From a virus, in the IMG/VR virus record IMGVR_UViG_3300017977_000066, positions 1-64,000 of that record: DNA of 64,000 bases; one strand, 5' to 3'. Positions within the stretch are counted from its first letter, which is position 1. Every line of letters starts with the position of its first letter. Below, one piece after another: positions 31,001-40,500 of this stretch. The notes under the pieces were generated by a model. The model was not told the DNA's origin, searched no databases, and worked only from the letters and a program-made list of their open reading frames with translations. Both the position numbers and the translations under genes were made by a program.

Positions 31001-34000
31001 GGCTTAGGTATAAGACCAGATAGTTTACTCTTCATTTTACCTACTAGCGAAGTAGGTTTACCATCTTCATTTTCAGAGCCCTCTTCTAGGGCTTTTTCCT
31101 GTACTTCTTCTATAGCTTCTTCATGTAGTTTAGTTACATTCTCTAAGAACTTATCATCTTCATTAAGCTTCTTCCATAAATTACCAGTAGGATCCATAGC
31201 TAGAAATGTCTTCTTATAAAGAGACTTAGCTTTACTATAATCTTCTGGCATAGGTAAGTTACCTAACAATGATTTCATAACCTTATCGAAGCCTTGTTCT
31301 TCTACTAACTTCTCGAACTCTTCAGAGTTCTTGATGATACTATCGGAAGCACCTTTACTACCTGATGTGAACATAGATTTAACTTCACCATACCATTTAG
31401 AAGTCTTCTCTTCTATAGCCTTAAGCTTAGGATTATTATCTAATGCAGCCTTCATACTGAAGTTACCATTTTCATCTTTAAGATCTTTTAAAGTTTCACT
31501 GTCTTTCAAACCTAGCATCTGGTCAGATATAAAAGACATACTATTAGCATATGCATCTGTTATAGACTTACTTAACTCTGGAAATTTCTTACTAACTCTC
31601 TCCAAGTTCTTGCTGAAGCTAGTGCTTACTTCCTCGAATGATTTAGGCATAGTTTTAGCTATGCCTTCTAATCCAGTTTTTAAGCTATCTACAAGGACTC
31701 CTACATCCTCACTGATATCATCTTTGAACTTAGACAGTTTCTCTCTGTTAGGTATAGCTAACTTGTTCTCGAAAGCTTGTTGTGGACTTAGCCTATTTAG
31801 ATGTTCACCATCAGCAGTGAACTTGAGATCCTTAGCAGTCTGCTTAGTAAATAACCCTTTAGTAGTTTTAGCTATATTAGAAGCAGCTCGACCTTCTTCA
31901 CTATTCTTAGCTTGTTCTAGTTTCTTCTTAGCTTGTTCTCCAATATCTTTAGCTTTCTTAGAGATGCCTAGCTCCTCGTCTAACTTTTTAGCCCCGTCTA
32001 TAAGTTTCTTTTTGTCTGGCATAACGAACTTAGTTTCGTATGCATTCTGAGGTGCTAGTTTATTTAGTCCTTTGTTATCTGTACTATAGCTAAAGTTCCT
32101 GAGTTTCTTATCAGTAACCAGGTCTTTAACACCTTTAGATACATCCTCCATCTTCTCTGTTAAGTTATATTTATTATCTAGCTCTTTAGCTTTCTCAGTA
32201 ACAGTATCTATACCTGTAGTAAGTTTGTTCTCTATCTTATTTAGTATTTCTTTACCAGTATCGGTATTTTCTTTAAAATCTTTAAGGTAAGTAGATTCAC
32301 CCTTGTAGTCTATATTTTTAATCCTATTAAAGTATTCATCTTTATAATCTTCTATATTACCTACTGCGAAGTCTATTTTACCATGTTTCTTAACCATATC
32401 TATATATGCATTAGCATTATCAGGTTCCTCTATGGCAGCCCTTTCCATCATAGTCATAAATGTCTGTGGGTCTCTATTAAAGAACATACTGGCACCATTA
32501 GCGGCTAATACTTCTTTAAATTTAGGATCACTATAGTTATCATTATAGATTTTAAATACCTTAGGAGCAACTCTACTATTTATTTCTTGTTCTTCTTTAA
32601 AATAGCCATTCGCTAGTCCTTTTTCCGAGTCTAACATAGATGGGGGTGGGTTTAAAGGTATACCTCTTTTAAGGTGTGCAGCTTCATGTCTGATGGTCTG
32701 GTCATCCATGGTGTTTTTAGCTATGCCATTTTTAGCTACTTTTCTGAACATATCTGTCCTCAGCATGACAGGATTTACCCCTTCTTCATTACCCTGTAAT
32801 AAAGCAGCTGCTCCCATAGTTTTTGGCATGGCACTAGCTTCATAAAATCTCACTGGTAGACCATCTACTATTTTATCTACATAGTTGTCTTCTTTACCGC
32901 CAAGCCCTCCTATTAGTTGGGCTATAGGGGTCTTACCACCTGCAGATATTTTTACATTAGATAAAAGGTTTTCTAATTTCTTTAAAACATCAGTTCTGAT
33001 GGTATTAGAATCTTTATCTTCTTTGTTTTTCTTATCCGCGATTTTAGTTTTTATTATGGGTCCAGTACTCTCACTAGCTAAAGCAACAGGATCTTCTGGA
33101 AGTAACGTTGAAGTAGATGTCCTAGGTTTTAAGTTAGCTAATCCGGCAACTATACCTCGTTTCGCACTAGTTTTCTTTTGTCTTACTTGACCTTTTTTCC
33201 TATTAGCACTGGTAACTCTCTTCCTAGGTTTAGACTGTTCAGGTTTTTCTTCGGCTTCTTCTACTTTCTTATTAAATTTCTCTTCGATATGCTTTAAAGC
33301 AACATTTTTATTAGTCTTAAGAACAGTCGTACCATTAGTTCTAGATAGATCACCTTTATCAAAGACACCAGAGTCTTCTAGCATACTAGGCCCACCAGCT
33401 AGTGATGATTCTTGTATGATGTCTCCGTAGCTAGCTAACTCTCTATCTTCTATACTATTAACTACCCTAAAGAACTCATTTATCTTATCTATATTTTCAG
33501 CACTATTATTTTTATTTAATTTATTAAGATGCTTCTCTATCTTCTCTTTAAGCTCTTTATCTTGTATGGTTTTTAAGAAGCCATTCTTAACTAAATAAGC
33601 TGGTACTAAAGACTTACCTGTTCCTATATAAGCTAATAGGGCCTGCATGATAACAGATTTAACTTCAGGCTTAGGATTCTTCTTACCTATGATGATCTCA
33701 AAGATGATATCGTTATCTAAAGCATCTGCTAATCGTTTACCTTTCTCTTCTACTTTCTTTTTAAACTCTTTTTTAAGTTTAGTTTCACTAGTAAAAGTAT
33801 TCTTCCTAAAATCAAAGACTTGCTTATCTTCACCACTTACAGTCTTAGAGCCTTTTCTTATAGTAGATAGTTCTCCAAGCATCTTGCTTAGTAGACCTGG
33901 TATGATTACTTCTACAGTCTTAACGAATTTATTATCTATAAAAGCTGCTTCATTAAGCTCTGAGGTCTTAGATACATCTATAGTATTTTTAGACTTATCA

Positions 34001-35220
34001 TTCTCTAATAAGTCATAAGCTACTTTTAAAGATTTTAGTTTAACTTTATCTACCCTAGTTGTATCTTTATCATCTTTAGCTTCTATCTCATCTATCTCAC
34101 GTTTGATAGCTTCTCTAGGATCTAATGTTAAGTTATTAAGCTCTCCTAATCTCTTACCAGATTCTCCTTTACCAGCAATACCGCTTACTATCTTATCAGA
34201 AGCTTTCTTAGTTATAGATTCTATAAGACCATCTACACCTATACTCATAAGCATAGCATTTCTAGAAGTACCGAACTCCTCGCCCATAGCCAGCATGTTG
34301 TCCATATCTTCCATACCAGCCATACTAGATACGAATGAAGATACTTTATCATTAACAAGGCGATTCATGTTTTTAGTTACTTTATCGAAAGTACTAGTAG
34401 ACTTTATGAGATTACCAACACCATCAGCAGCTTTCTTCATCATCTGTTGTTTTACGAAATCTGAAGACCTAGTCTTAACAAAATCAGGTAAGCCAGTATT
34501 CTTAACGATAGCTTCCATCTGAGTAGTTCTTATCTCACTATCTCTATGTAATAGATTATAAAGTTTTACTAGTGTGTAAGTCTGCTTCATTTGGAGTTCT
34601 AGATTTTTCTTGTAATAAGTATTATCAAGATCCATTTTTAACTCTACTTGTTTCTGAGAGTTACTAGCTATGATACCTAATATTTCATTACTTTCTTTAG
34701 CAGCTATTTCAGTAGCTTGTGCAGCTACATTTTGTTGTGCAGCTATCTTATCACCAGCTATGCCTAATAGCCCCGATACTTCAGAGTGTATCTTCTCGTC
34801 CTCAGTAGGTTCTCTTTCACTACCACTAGATTCATTCTCTTCGCTTAACCAATCTCTAACACTGTTGATACCACCAGTCATGCTGTCTGGTAAATAGTTA
34901 GATAAAACCCCTAATCCTGCAGAAGCAGCTTTTTTAACACTACCTACTTTTTCAGAAGCATTGTCTAGGATATTATCTACAGCATATTCAGCATCACCTA
35001 GCCTATCACCTATATCCCCTGGTAAAGCATTGAACATACTTTTCTTAAAAGATTTAGCTATATTTTCACTAGTTACAGCATCATCGAGAGCAGCTTTAAC
35101 ATCGCCAACAACACCAGTACTGGGTTTACCATCGTTAGCCATGGGATCTTCCATACCGATGTCTCCACCCCCTTCTAACATCTTGTCTATGTCATCCATA
35201 TCATCGAACTCATCGGCCAT
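28039..35220 (-). CDS. Tail tape-measure-like protein with C-terminal GH24 lysozyme domain (phiKZ gp181 position)
   Basis: ~2390 aa, helical, next to the vRNAP genes; DEGNVNRVYKDSLGYDTIGVGHL...MGFNLG...SKWASQVGHRA; RBS aaggag favours the MADEF start. Confidence 0.8.
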   Translation of the reverse strand: MADEFDDMDDIDKMLEGGGDIGMEDPMANDGKPSTGVVGDVKAALDDAVTSENIAKSFKKSMFNALPGDIGDRLGDAEYAVDNILDNASEKVGSVKKAASAGLGVLSNYLPDSMTGGINSVRDWLSEENESSGSEREPTEDEKIHSEVSGLLGIAGDKIAAQQNVAAQATEIAAKESNEILGIIASNSQKQVELKMDLDNTYYKKNLELQMKQTYTLVKLYNLLHRDSEIRTTQMEAIVKNTGLPDFVKTRSSDFVKQQMMKKAADGVGNLIKSTSTFDKVTKNMNRLVNDKVSSFVSSMAGMEDMDNMLAMGEEFGTSRNAMLMSIGVDGLIESITKKASDKIVSGIAGKGESGKRLGELNNLTLDPREAIKREIDEIEAKDDKDTTRVDKVKLKSLKVAYDLLENDKSKNTIDVSKTSELNEAAFIDNKFVKTVEVIIPGLLSKMLGELSTIRKGSKTVSGEDKQVFDFRKNTFTSETKLKKEFKKKVEEKGKRLADALDNDIIFEIIIGKKNPKPEVKSVIMQALLAYIGTGKSLVPAYLVKNGFLKTIQDKELKEKIEKHLNKLNKNNSAENIDKINEFFRVVNSIEDRELASYGDIIQESSLAGGPSMLEDSGVFDKGDLSRTNGTTVLKTNKNVALKHIEEKFNKKVEEAEEKPEQSKPRKRVTSANRKKGQVRQKKTSAKRGIVAGLANLKPRTSTSTLLPEDPVALASESTGPIIKTKIADKKNKEDKDSNTIRTDVLKKLENLLSNVKISAGGKTPIAQLIGGLGGKEDNYVDKIVDGLPVRFYEASAMPKTMGAAALLQGNEEGVNPVMLRTDMFRKVAKNGIAKNTMDDQTIRHEAAHLKRGIPLNPPPSMLDSEKGLANGYFKEEQEINSRVAPKVFKIYNDNYSDPKFKEVLAANGASMFFNRDPQTFMTMMERAAIEEPDNANAYIDMVKKHGKIDFAVGNIEDYKDEYFNRIKNIDYKGESTYLKDFKENTDTGKEILNKIENKLTTGIDTVTEKAKELDNKYNLTEKMEDVSKGVKDLVTDKKLRNFSYSTDNKGLNKLAPQNAYETKFVMPDKKKLIDGAKKLDEELGISKKAKDIGEQAKKKLEQAKNSEEGRAASNIAKTTKGLFTKQTAKDLKFTADGEHLNRLSPQQAFENKLAIPNREKLSKFKDDISEDVGVLVDSLKTGLEGIAKTMPKSFEEVSTSFSKNLERVSKKFPELSKSITDAYANSMSFISDQMLGLKDSETLKDLKDENGNFSMKAALDNNPKLKAIEEKTSKWYGEVKSMFTSGSKGASDSIIKNSEEFEKLVEEQGFDKVMKSLLGNLPMPEDYSKAKSLYKKTFLAMDPTGNLWKKLNEDDKFLENVTKLHEEAIEEVQEKALEEGSENEDGKPTSLVGKMKSKLSGLIPKPVKDMVNKLANTKIGKYAINQTKRVGRAFKTAGKLTMDEMKVIGKNGKELIMDKDGKLHLPNAIDLAKFAGKSYFGSMKAVSNGVKSLYPELGGIAKDTIGLGSGMAFGMASKSLKRIKNKALAKINPPVRRDLYTAWANGDLKAKEVLEQLETPEEKEKWTAWLKENTRPGLDIGKVLNATGGAYVKGMMLTSKVIKPTYKGAWSAAKTVGGLGLKGAYKFSGVDTIFDHKKKETTDNNASATGVIDFSSFTSKNPLEAIAANTKKLFEVTSSNIAKENEEEAQAKEEAKEASKLDKDGDGDRDGNEQDRLKKLYGKKPSGKMKALLGKGKNVLKKASSWLTPTNILLAGTAILGLLGITPEQASTFVKSTINGFKTIGHYIKKVWDGLETGFDYIKHLPSNLSFSLRSALSHIPGLGSIAPDKKETVEYNKRMGIDVTSTTTSKEDSMTSDGGLAGAAGVTALAAGAAYKLGGKHVIKAGIGATKLAYKGAKYGVKAVTKVAGKKVVKEAAKKTVVKKAKRGAIKAMLSRIKVILIKKLGVKGAAKLLGKIASRFVPFVGWSMLAYDAYHVVKYMYDGMPFKSAVSKAVIGFDVFNSDDVPVDDNGVPIKPDIPESTINKEVQKMTGRHPGHDDYSGHRSANNSNYKGSLSSDDLITKKSVNNIYSKPAKPITSKDILGEIKVDKGFNKGLLLKNLVDDEGNVNRVYKDSLGYDTIGVGHLLDKAKGGVPLKKIIGRDTDVITTPESYKILAHDVNKTAKTLYSKLPWLDNQPEVIQRDLINMGFNLGPKGLLGFKKSLNNIAKGEYTEAGAELLKSKWASQVGHRATRIADDIANAPKADIEADVNNDRNTISSITGHSTLTELDDMGSGNTSIASTNTSTSRHGTTSKPSTKGNDVHIPNVSIDTKHLDNKKELAEMHDTHKASQNILAKSLHVHADTNNKMGELVELNKSILSALSDNNQHHQQANRTPATKPIVSHGVANF

Positions 35221-35300
35221 AGCATACTCCTTGTTTTTATATACGAACAATAAATCGTTCAACCCATCTTTTACTTGAAATCAAGCATGAGGAACACATA

Positions 35301-36911
35301 ATGAATAAACCTATAGACCCATTAGACATATCACTTCTAGTTATAACAAATAAGATCCTATCAGCTTTATCAGAGATAAGTAGTGCTGATATATATGAGA
35401 TAAATACTACAGAGTTCAAGAAAGACGGTCTTTTTTCTAATGATATATTCGGCATGCCTGGGAGTAAAGAGCGTATTAAGAACTTTGCTTATATAGATCT
35501 TTATGTAAAAGTATTGCACCCTAGGATATATAAAGAGCTTGTTAAACTATCTAGTTTCTATGGTAAGATACTGCAAGGTAAAGCTTATGCAGTTTTCGAT
35601 GAAAAAGAGAAAGATTTTGTATTATCTACAGAAGCTGAAGGTAAAACAGGTTTTAATTTCTTTATTAGACATCTTCCAGATATTAAGTTTAAACAAACAA
35701 ACTCTGAATCTAGGAAATTTAAGATAGAGTTCATCAAGAAGTATCCTATTAATGAGATACTCATAGATAAATACTTAGTACTACCAGCTGGATTAAGAGA
35801 CTACTCTATAACTGAATCTGGTAAACCTCTAGAGCATGAAATAAATGCCTTATACAGGACTGTACTAAGAGTAGCCACATCTGCTAAACAGTTCAGAGAT
35901 GATACTTCTAGTAACGATTATATTAACTCTGTTAGACTAAGAGTTCAGAAAGCTATCAATGAGGTCTATGAGTACATAGAAGAGCTACTTAATGGTAAAG
36001 GTGGTTATATACAAGATAAGTGGACTAAACGTACTGTTACATATGGTACTAGGAATGTTATCACCGCTAGCCCTAAAGTAGTCACGGATCTTAAAGATAA
36101 GAATAAGCCTAGAGCTACTAATATAGAAGTTGGTGTATTGCAGACCGCTAAAGGCATATTGCCAGCAACTATATTCTTATTAAGAACTAACTTCCTATTC
36201 GATATCTTCGATCCTGAGTCTACTAAAGCTAGGTTAATAAATCCTAAGACTCTTAAGAGAGAACTAGTAGATATAAGTGAGAAAGCTAGAAGTAGTTGGG
36301 TTAGCGATGATGGGTTAGAGAATACTATCACTAAGCTTAAGCAACCAGAGATAGCACTTAGTGAGATAAAAATAGATAACAAATATCTATTACTTATAGA
36401 AGAGAAAGGTGATGCTATAAGAGTCATAGATGATATATATAAATACCCTGGTATAGATAAAGATAACTTAAGACCTATAACATATATAGAGTTAGTATAC
36501 CTAGCATTGTTTAACCATATGAAAGAACATCCTGCTTATGTAACTCGTTATCCTATCACAGGGTTAGGTTCTATTAATATCGTAGAGCCTTATCTAAAGT
36601 CTACCATAGATAGTACTCGTAAAGAAGTATATCTAAGAGGAGCTTCTGAACCTATAATAGCTGAAGAGTATCCAGACTTAACATCTCAGGTATATACTGG
36701 GTTAGGGTTAGGAACTATATTTCTAGCACCTATGGGAGCTGACTTCGATGGCGATAAGGTTTCATTAAGTTTTCTTTTAGAGAAAGAATCTGTAGATGAA
36801 CTACAAGATTATATTAATACTAAGAAATACTTTTTAAGTCCTGAAGGAGAATTGATATTCAGTGTTAGTACTAATGTTAATGAAATAGTTATGAAAGATT
36901 TCACAGAGTAA
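35301..36911 (+). CDS. Virion RNA polymerase beta'-like N-terminal subunit (phiKZ gp180-like)
   Basis: DGLFSNDIFG, LVLPAGLRD, GKGGYIQ, TRYP, catalytic GADFDGD. Confidence 0.9.
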   Translation: MNKPIDPLDISLLVITNKILSALSEISSADIYEINTTEFKKDGLFSNDIFGMPGSKERIKNFAYIDLYVKVLHPRIYKELVKLSSFYGKILQGKAYAVFDEKEKDFVLSTEAEGKTGFNFFIRHLPDIKFKQTNSESRKFKIEFIKKYPINEILIDKYLVLPAGLRDYSITESGKPLEHEINALYRTVLRVATSAKQFRDDTSSNDYINSVRLRVQKAINEVYEYIEELLNGKGGYIQDKWTKRTVTYGTRNVITASPKVVTDLKDKNKPRATNIEVGVLQTAKGILPATIFLLRTNFLFDIFDPESTKARLINPKTLKRELVDISEKARSSWVSDDGLENTITKLKQPEIALSEIKIDNKYLLLIEEKGDAIRVIDDIYKYPGIDKDNLRPITYIELVYLALFNHMKEHPAYVTRYPITGLGSINIVEPYLKSTIDSTRKEVYLRGASEPIIAEEYPDLTSQVYTGLGLGTIFLAPMGADFDGDKVSLSFLLEKESVDELQDYINTKKYFLSPEGELIFSVSTNVNEIVMKDFTE

Positions 36912-36958
36912 CATGAGTTCGGTATATCCGAGCTTGTGTCTCCATATTTTTTCAGTCA

Positions 36959-36976
36959 TATATTACTTACATGAAC
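36959..36976 (+). promoter_or_regulatory. phiKZ-type early promoter
   Basis: TATATTACttacatga; ~48-bp context nearly identical to 7206-7253. Confidence 0.8.
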
Positions 36977-37010
36977 TTAGAACTTAAATATTAAATAAAA
37001 GGAGTCAGTT

Positions 37011-37136
37011 ATGACTAAATTACAATTCAAAGTTTTTACTACGTACCTACGTGGTAACGGATACGATTTAAGTAAAATGAGTGTGGGGCAGTATGGTGTC
37101 CTATATAACAGTTACAGAAAAACAAGGAGGATATAA
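37011..37136 (+). CDS. 41-aa early peptide, absent from the ORF track
   Basis: aaggag RBS; MTKLQFKVFTTYLRGNGYDLSKMSVGQYGVLYNSYRKTRRI*; stop overlaps the next ATG. Confidence 0.7.
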   Translation: MTKLQFKVFTTYLRGNGYDLSKMSVGQYGVLYNSYRKTRRI

Positions 37137-37441
37137 TGTTAAGTGTTGGAATAAGGGAGTTAGACATACATAATGTCGGTATGCCTGCAATTACAGACGA
37201 CACACTTTTAGTAGGCTTAACTGAAGCCACTATTCGTAGTCACTTAGAAAGAATAGAGGCTGACTGTATAATGGAGTCTAGACTAGACATAGAGAACCAC
37301 GTTAATTTCGAAGTTTTTGAAGAAGCATTTAAAAGTGCCCCTTCATTAGGTGCGACTAAAGAAGAGTGGGATGAGTATGTGGCTTATCCTACATTAAAAA
37401 ACTTTAGACGGATTAGGAAACTATATTGGATAGGGTTTTAA
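37136..37441 (+). CDS. Small early protein
   Basis: aggagg RBS; hairpin and T-tract at the 3' end. Confidence 0.7.
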   Translation: MLSVGIRELDIHNVGMPAITDDTLLVGLTEATIRSHLERIEADCIMESRLDIENHVNFEVFEEAFKSAPSLGATKEEWDEYVAYPTLKNFRRIRKLYWIGF

Positions 37442-37505
37442 TCCCTATTCTTTTTTTATTTGCCCACATCTTTTTTTCTTTGAAAATACCCATAAGGAAT
37501 ACGAT

Positions 37506-40500
37506 ATGTCATTAACACAAGAAAAGTTTTACTATAAATTTGGAATAAGAAAACCTATACAGTTGTTAGAGCCACAAGTTTTAAGTTTAGATACTATACT
37601 ACTACCTATGTATAGTGTCATACATATGCTTAATGTGGATGATGGCTATTACCCATCTAGGAAACAGCCCATCTTAAAAAATGTGTCTGATGCTATCATA
37701 TATAACAGACTTAACTATGAGCCAGTACTTCATAAAGCTACTGAGCTAGCTATGAAAGAGAGAAATCTTGTTAGTGGCATTAATAAGTCACATCTTGATT
37801 TCACTACCTACACTAGATCTAGATTTAACCATATCCTGTCTACTAAGAGAGCCAAGTTAAAAAATACAGTTCCTTTATTCACTTATAAATACATACATAA
37901 ATATTATAGATATCCAGAGTCTCTATTATCTAAGATTTATAAATTTGAAAATAAATACTCTACCATAGTTAACGATATTATTAACATGGAGAATACATTT
38001 AAAGCCATGGAAATAAAAGACGATAGCTTCAAGCAGTACCTTATAGTAGAGACTCCTAAGATACTATATGACTATAATATCATAACCAGATATCTAGATA
38101 AGGATAAGGATGCTGCTTACTTAAAGCTTTTCCATAACGAAACTTATATGCTTATGTTAGAGCTCTTTAAGCTACTAAATAGTGAGACTTCTGAAGATTC
38201 AATATTATCAGGATTAGCTAAACTCTCACATGTAGATATCATGTTTAAACAAGGTTCAGCTGGTGTTATAGTTAACCTTAAAACTCTACTAAGCTTTAAT
38301 AAAGATATGGGTGAGACTGGTATGTTCACTAATAGTACACTATGTAGGAGTATCATCAAGCTCTTTAATATACTACAGACTTCAGTTGGTATGCTAGAAG
38401 AGGAAGTAGTGCCTCTTAGTAAAGAAGAACTACTTAAGAACTTTAAGAACCCAGATGAAATAGTTGATACTACTGATGTTATCTCCGATGTTAATGTAGC
38501 TATGAAGATAGCTGAAACTGATAACATGCCTATAGAGGATACGGTATTAGTAGAGAGCTTAGAATTTAAAAATAAATATGATAAACAAGCAACGCTAGAA
38601 GATATCTCTGAAGCTAAGTCTATAGAAGATGTTGCATTAGCTAACCTTAACGAGCTTAATGAGAATAATAAGCTAGATAAGAAGAAACTTGAGAAGCTTT
38701 CTTCTATAGTAAAAGATACTCTTAATAAACCGTCTCCTTTTAAAGATGGTACTAAGATAAAAGATAACCTTACTGTAGATAAAGCTGATATAGATATAAC
38801 AGAACAAGAGACTAGATTACCAGATGTAAATGTTGTCTTTAATAAAGAGGAGCTTCATGATCCTATAACTATTAAGACTAAGAAGTATATGAAGGAAGCT
38901 TTTAAGAAAGATATGGTATCTAGCATCATGGGCATACAAGGTACAGGCATGATAGTAGAAGATATAGAGATCATACCGCATGATGATACCCTAGGTGACT
39001 ATGATGAATATGCTATAAAAGTAAATGACTTAGGTAAGACAGCAGGTAGTACTGTTAAACTTATGATACCTAGAGTTAATGATAAGGGCGTATTCACTAT
39101 CTCTAATAATGAGTATTTACTAAGGAATCAAAAAGCTGATGCTATCTTAAAGAAGATCAAGTTCAACCGTGTATCATTAAGTACAGCTTATGGTAAACTC
39201 TTTGTAGATAAGGCTCCGTTTAAAAAACTAGATAGAGGGTATAGTCTTAGGAAAGAACTGTTAAAGTTAAATGAAGATGAAATCATCTCTAATCTATCAG
39301 CTGGTTCTATAAGTGTATATGGAGAAGAGTTACCTAAAGATTATACTTTATTTGGTAGATATGTAAAAGCTTTTAAACATAAGAGTTACTACTTTAACTT
39401 TAACTTCGATAAGAGGAAAGAGCTTATAACTACTAAAGATCTTAAACTAGAGACTATAGAGCATAATAAGAAATACATATTATGCGGGCATGCTTCTAAA
39501 GATCTGTTAGTTATGGATGAGGATAATATAATCTATAGCTATAATGGTAAGTATACTAAGCTAGGTACCATATTTGATTTAGTTCCTATAAACACAACTT
39601 CTCTTAAGAAAGAGTATAGCATGGTTAAGATATTTAAAAGCTATGTTCCAGTAGCTTATCTTTTAACTTACTATATGGGACTTAAGAATGTGCTTAAAAC
39701 TCTTAAAATAAAGTATGAAGTATTAGATGGTAATAAGAGAGTAGAAGTAGATGATAAGACTATAGTAGTTAAATTAGATGGTTCTACTTTAATTTTATAT
39801 CCTAATAACGAAACTGACTCTATGATACTTAATGGATTTAATAATGATATTAAGATCATGAAGCAGATGACTTTCGATATGCTTAACCATAAAGACCAAG
39901 CTATGTTCATCTTTAAAGAGATGAAACTTAATCTCGTATCGGTAACAGAGATAAAAGCCTTAGAGACTCTCTTCATAGATCCTGTATCTAGATCTACATT
40001 AGAGCTTACTGATGAACCTACTACTTTTGTTGGTCTGTTAGTTAGGGCTGCTGAGATGTTAGTGGATGATAACTATAAACATCCTAATAGCTTCAAAGGG
40101 TTTGTTATTAAAGGCTATGATAGGATACCTCAGTTAGTTTATAAAACATTAGTATCAGCAGTTAAGAAGAAGATAAGTGGTGATAGTTTTGGTAGGGGTA
40201 AGATGGTAGTAGATCCATATGATGTATGGAGGAGTCTTAATGAAGATAGCTCTGGAGTATTAGTAGATGACTTAAACCCTATAGCGGATCTAAAACAGAG
40301 TGAAGATACTACACTATTAGGTGCTGGTGGTAGAAGTAAAGAATCTTTAGTTGGTAAAGATAGAGCCATGCATGAAGATGATGTTGGTATCATGAGTGAA
40401 TCTTCTAAAGATAGTAGTGATGTAGGTATAACAGCTTATCTTTCTGCTAACCCTAAATTTGCTAATGCTAGAGGTACTAAGAATGAAGATGGTAAACTTA

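Noticed and set aside
28112-35278. Numerous antisense ORFs (e.g. 31331..32050, 34103..34522; also 60178..60741 elsewhere)
   Set aside because: Ser/Leu-rich shadow frames opposite long real genes, without RBS
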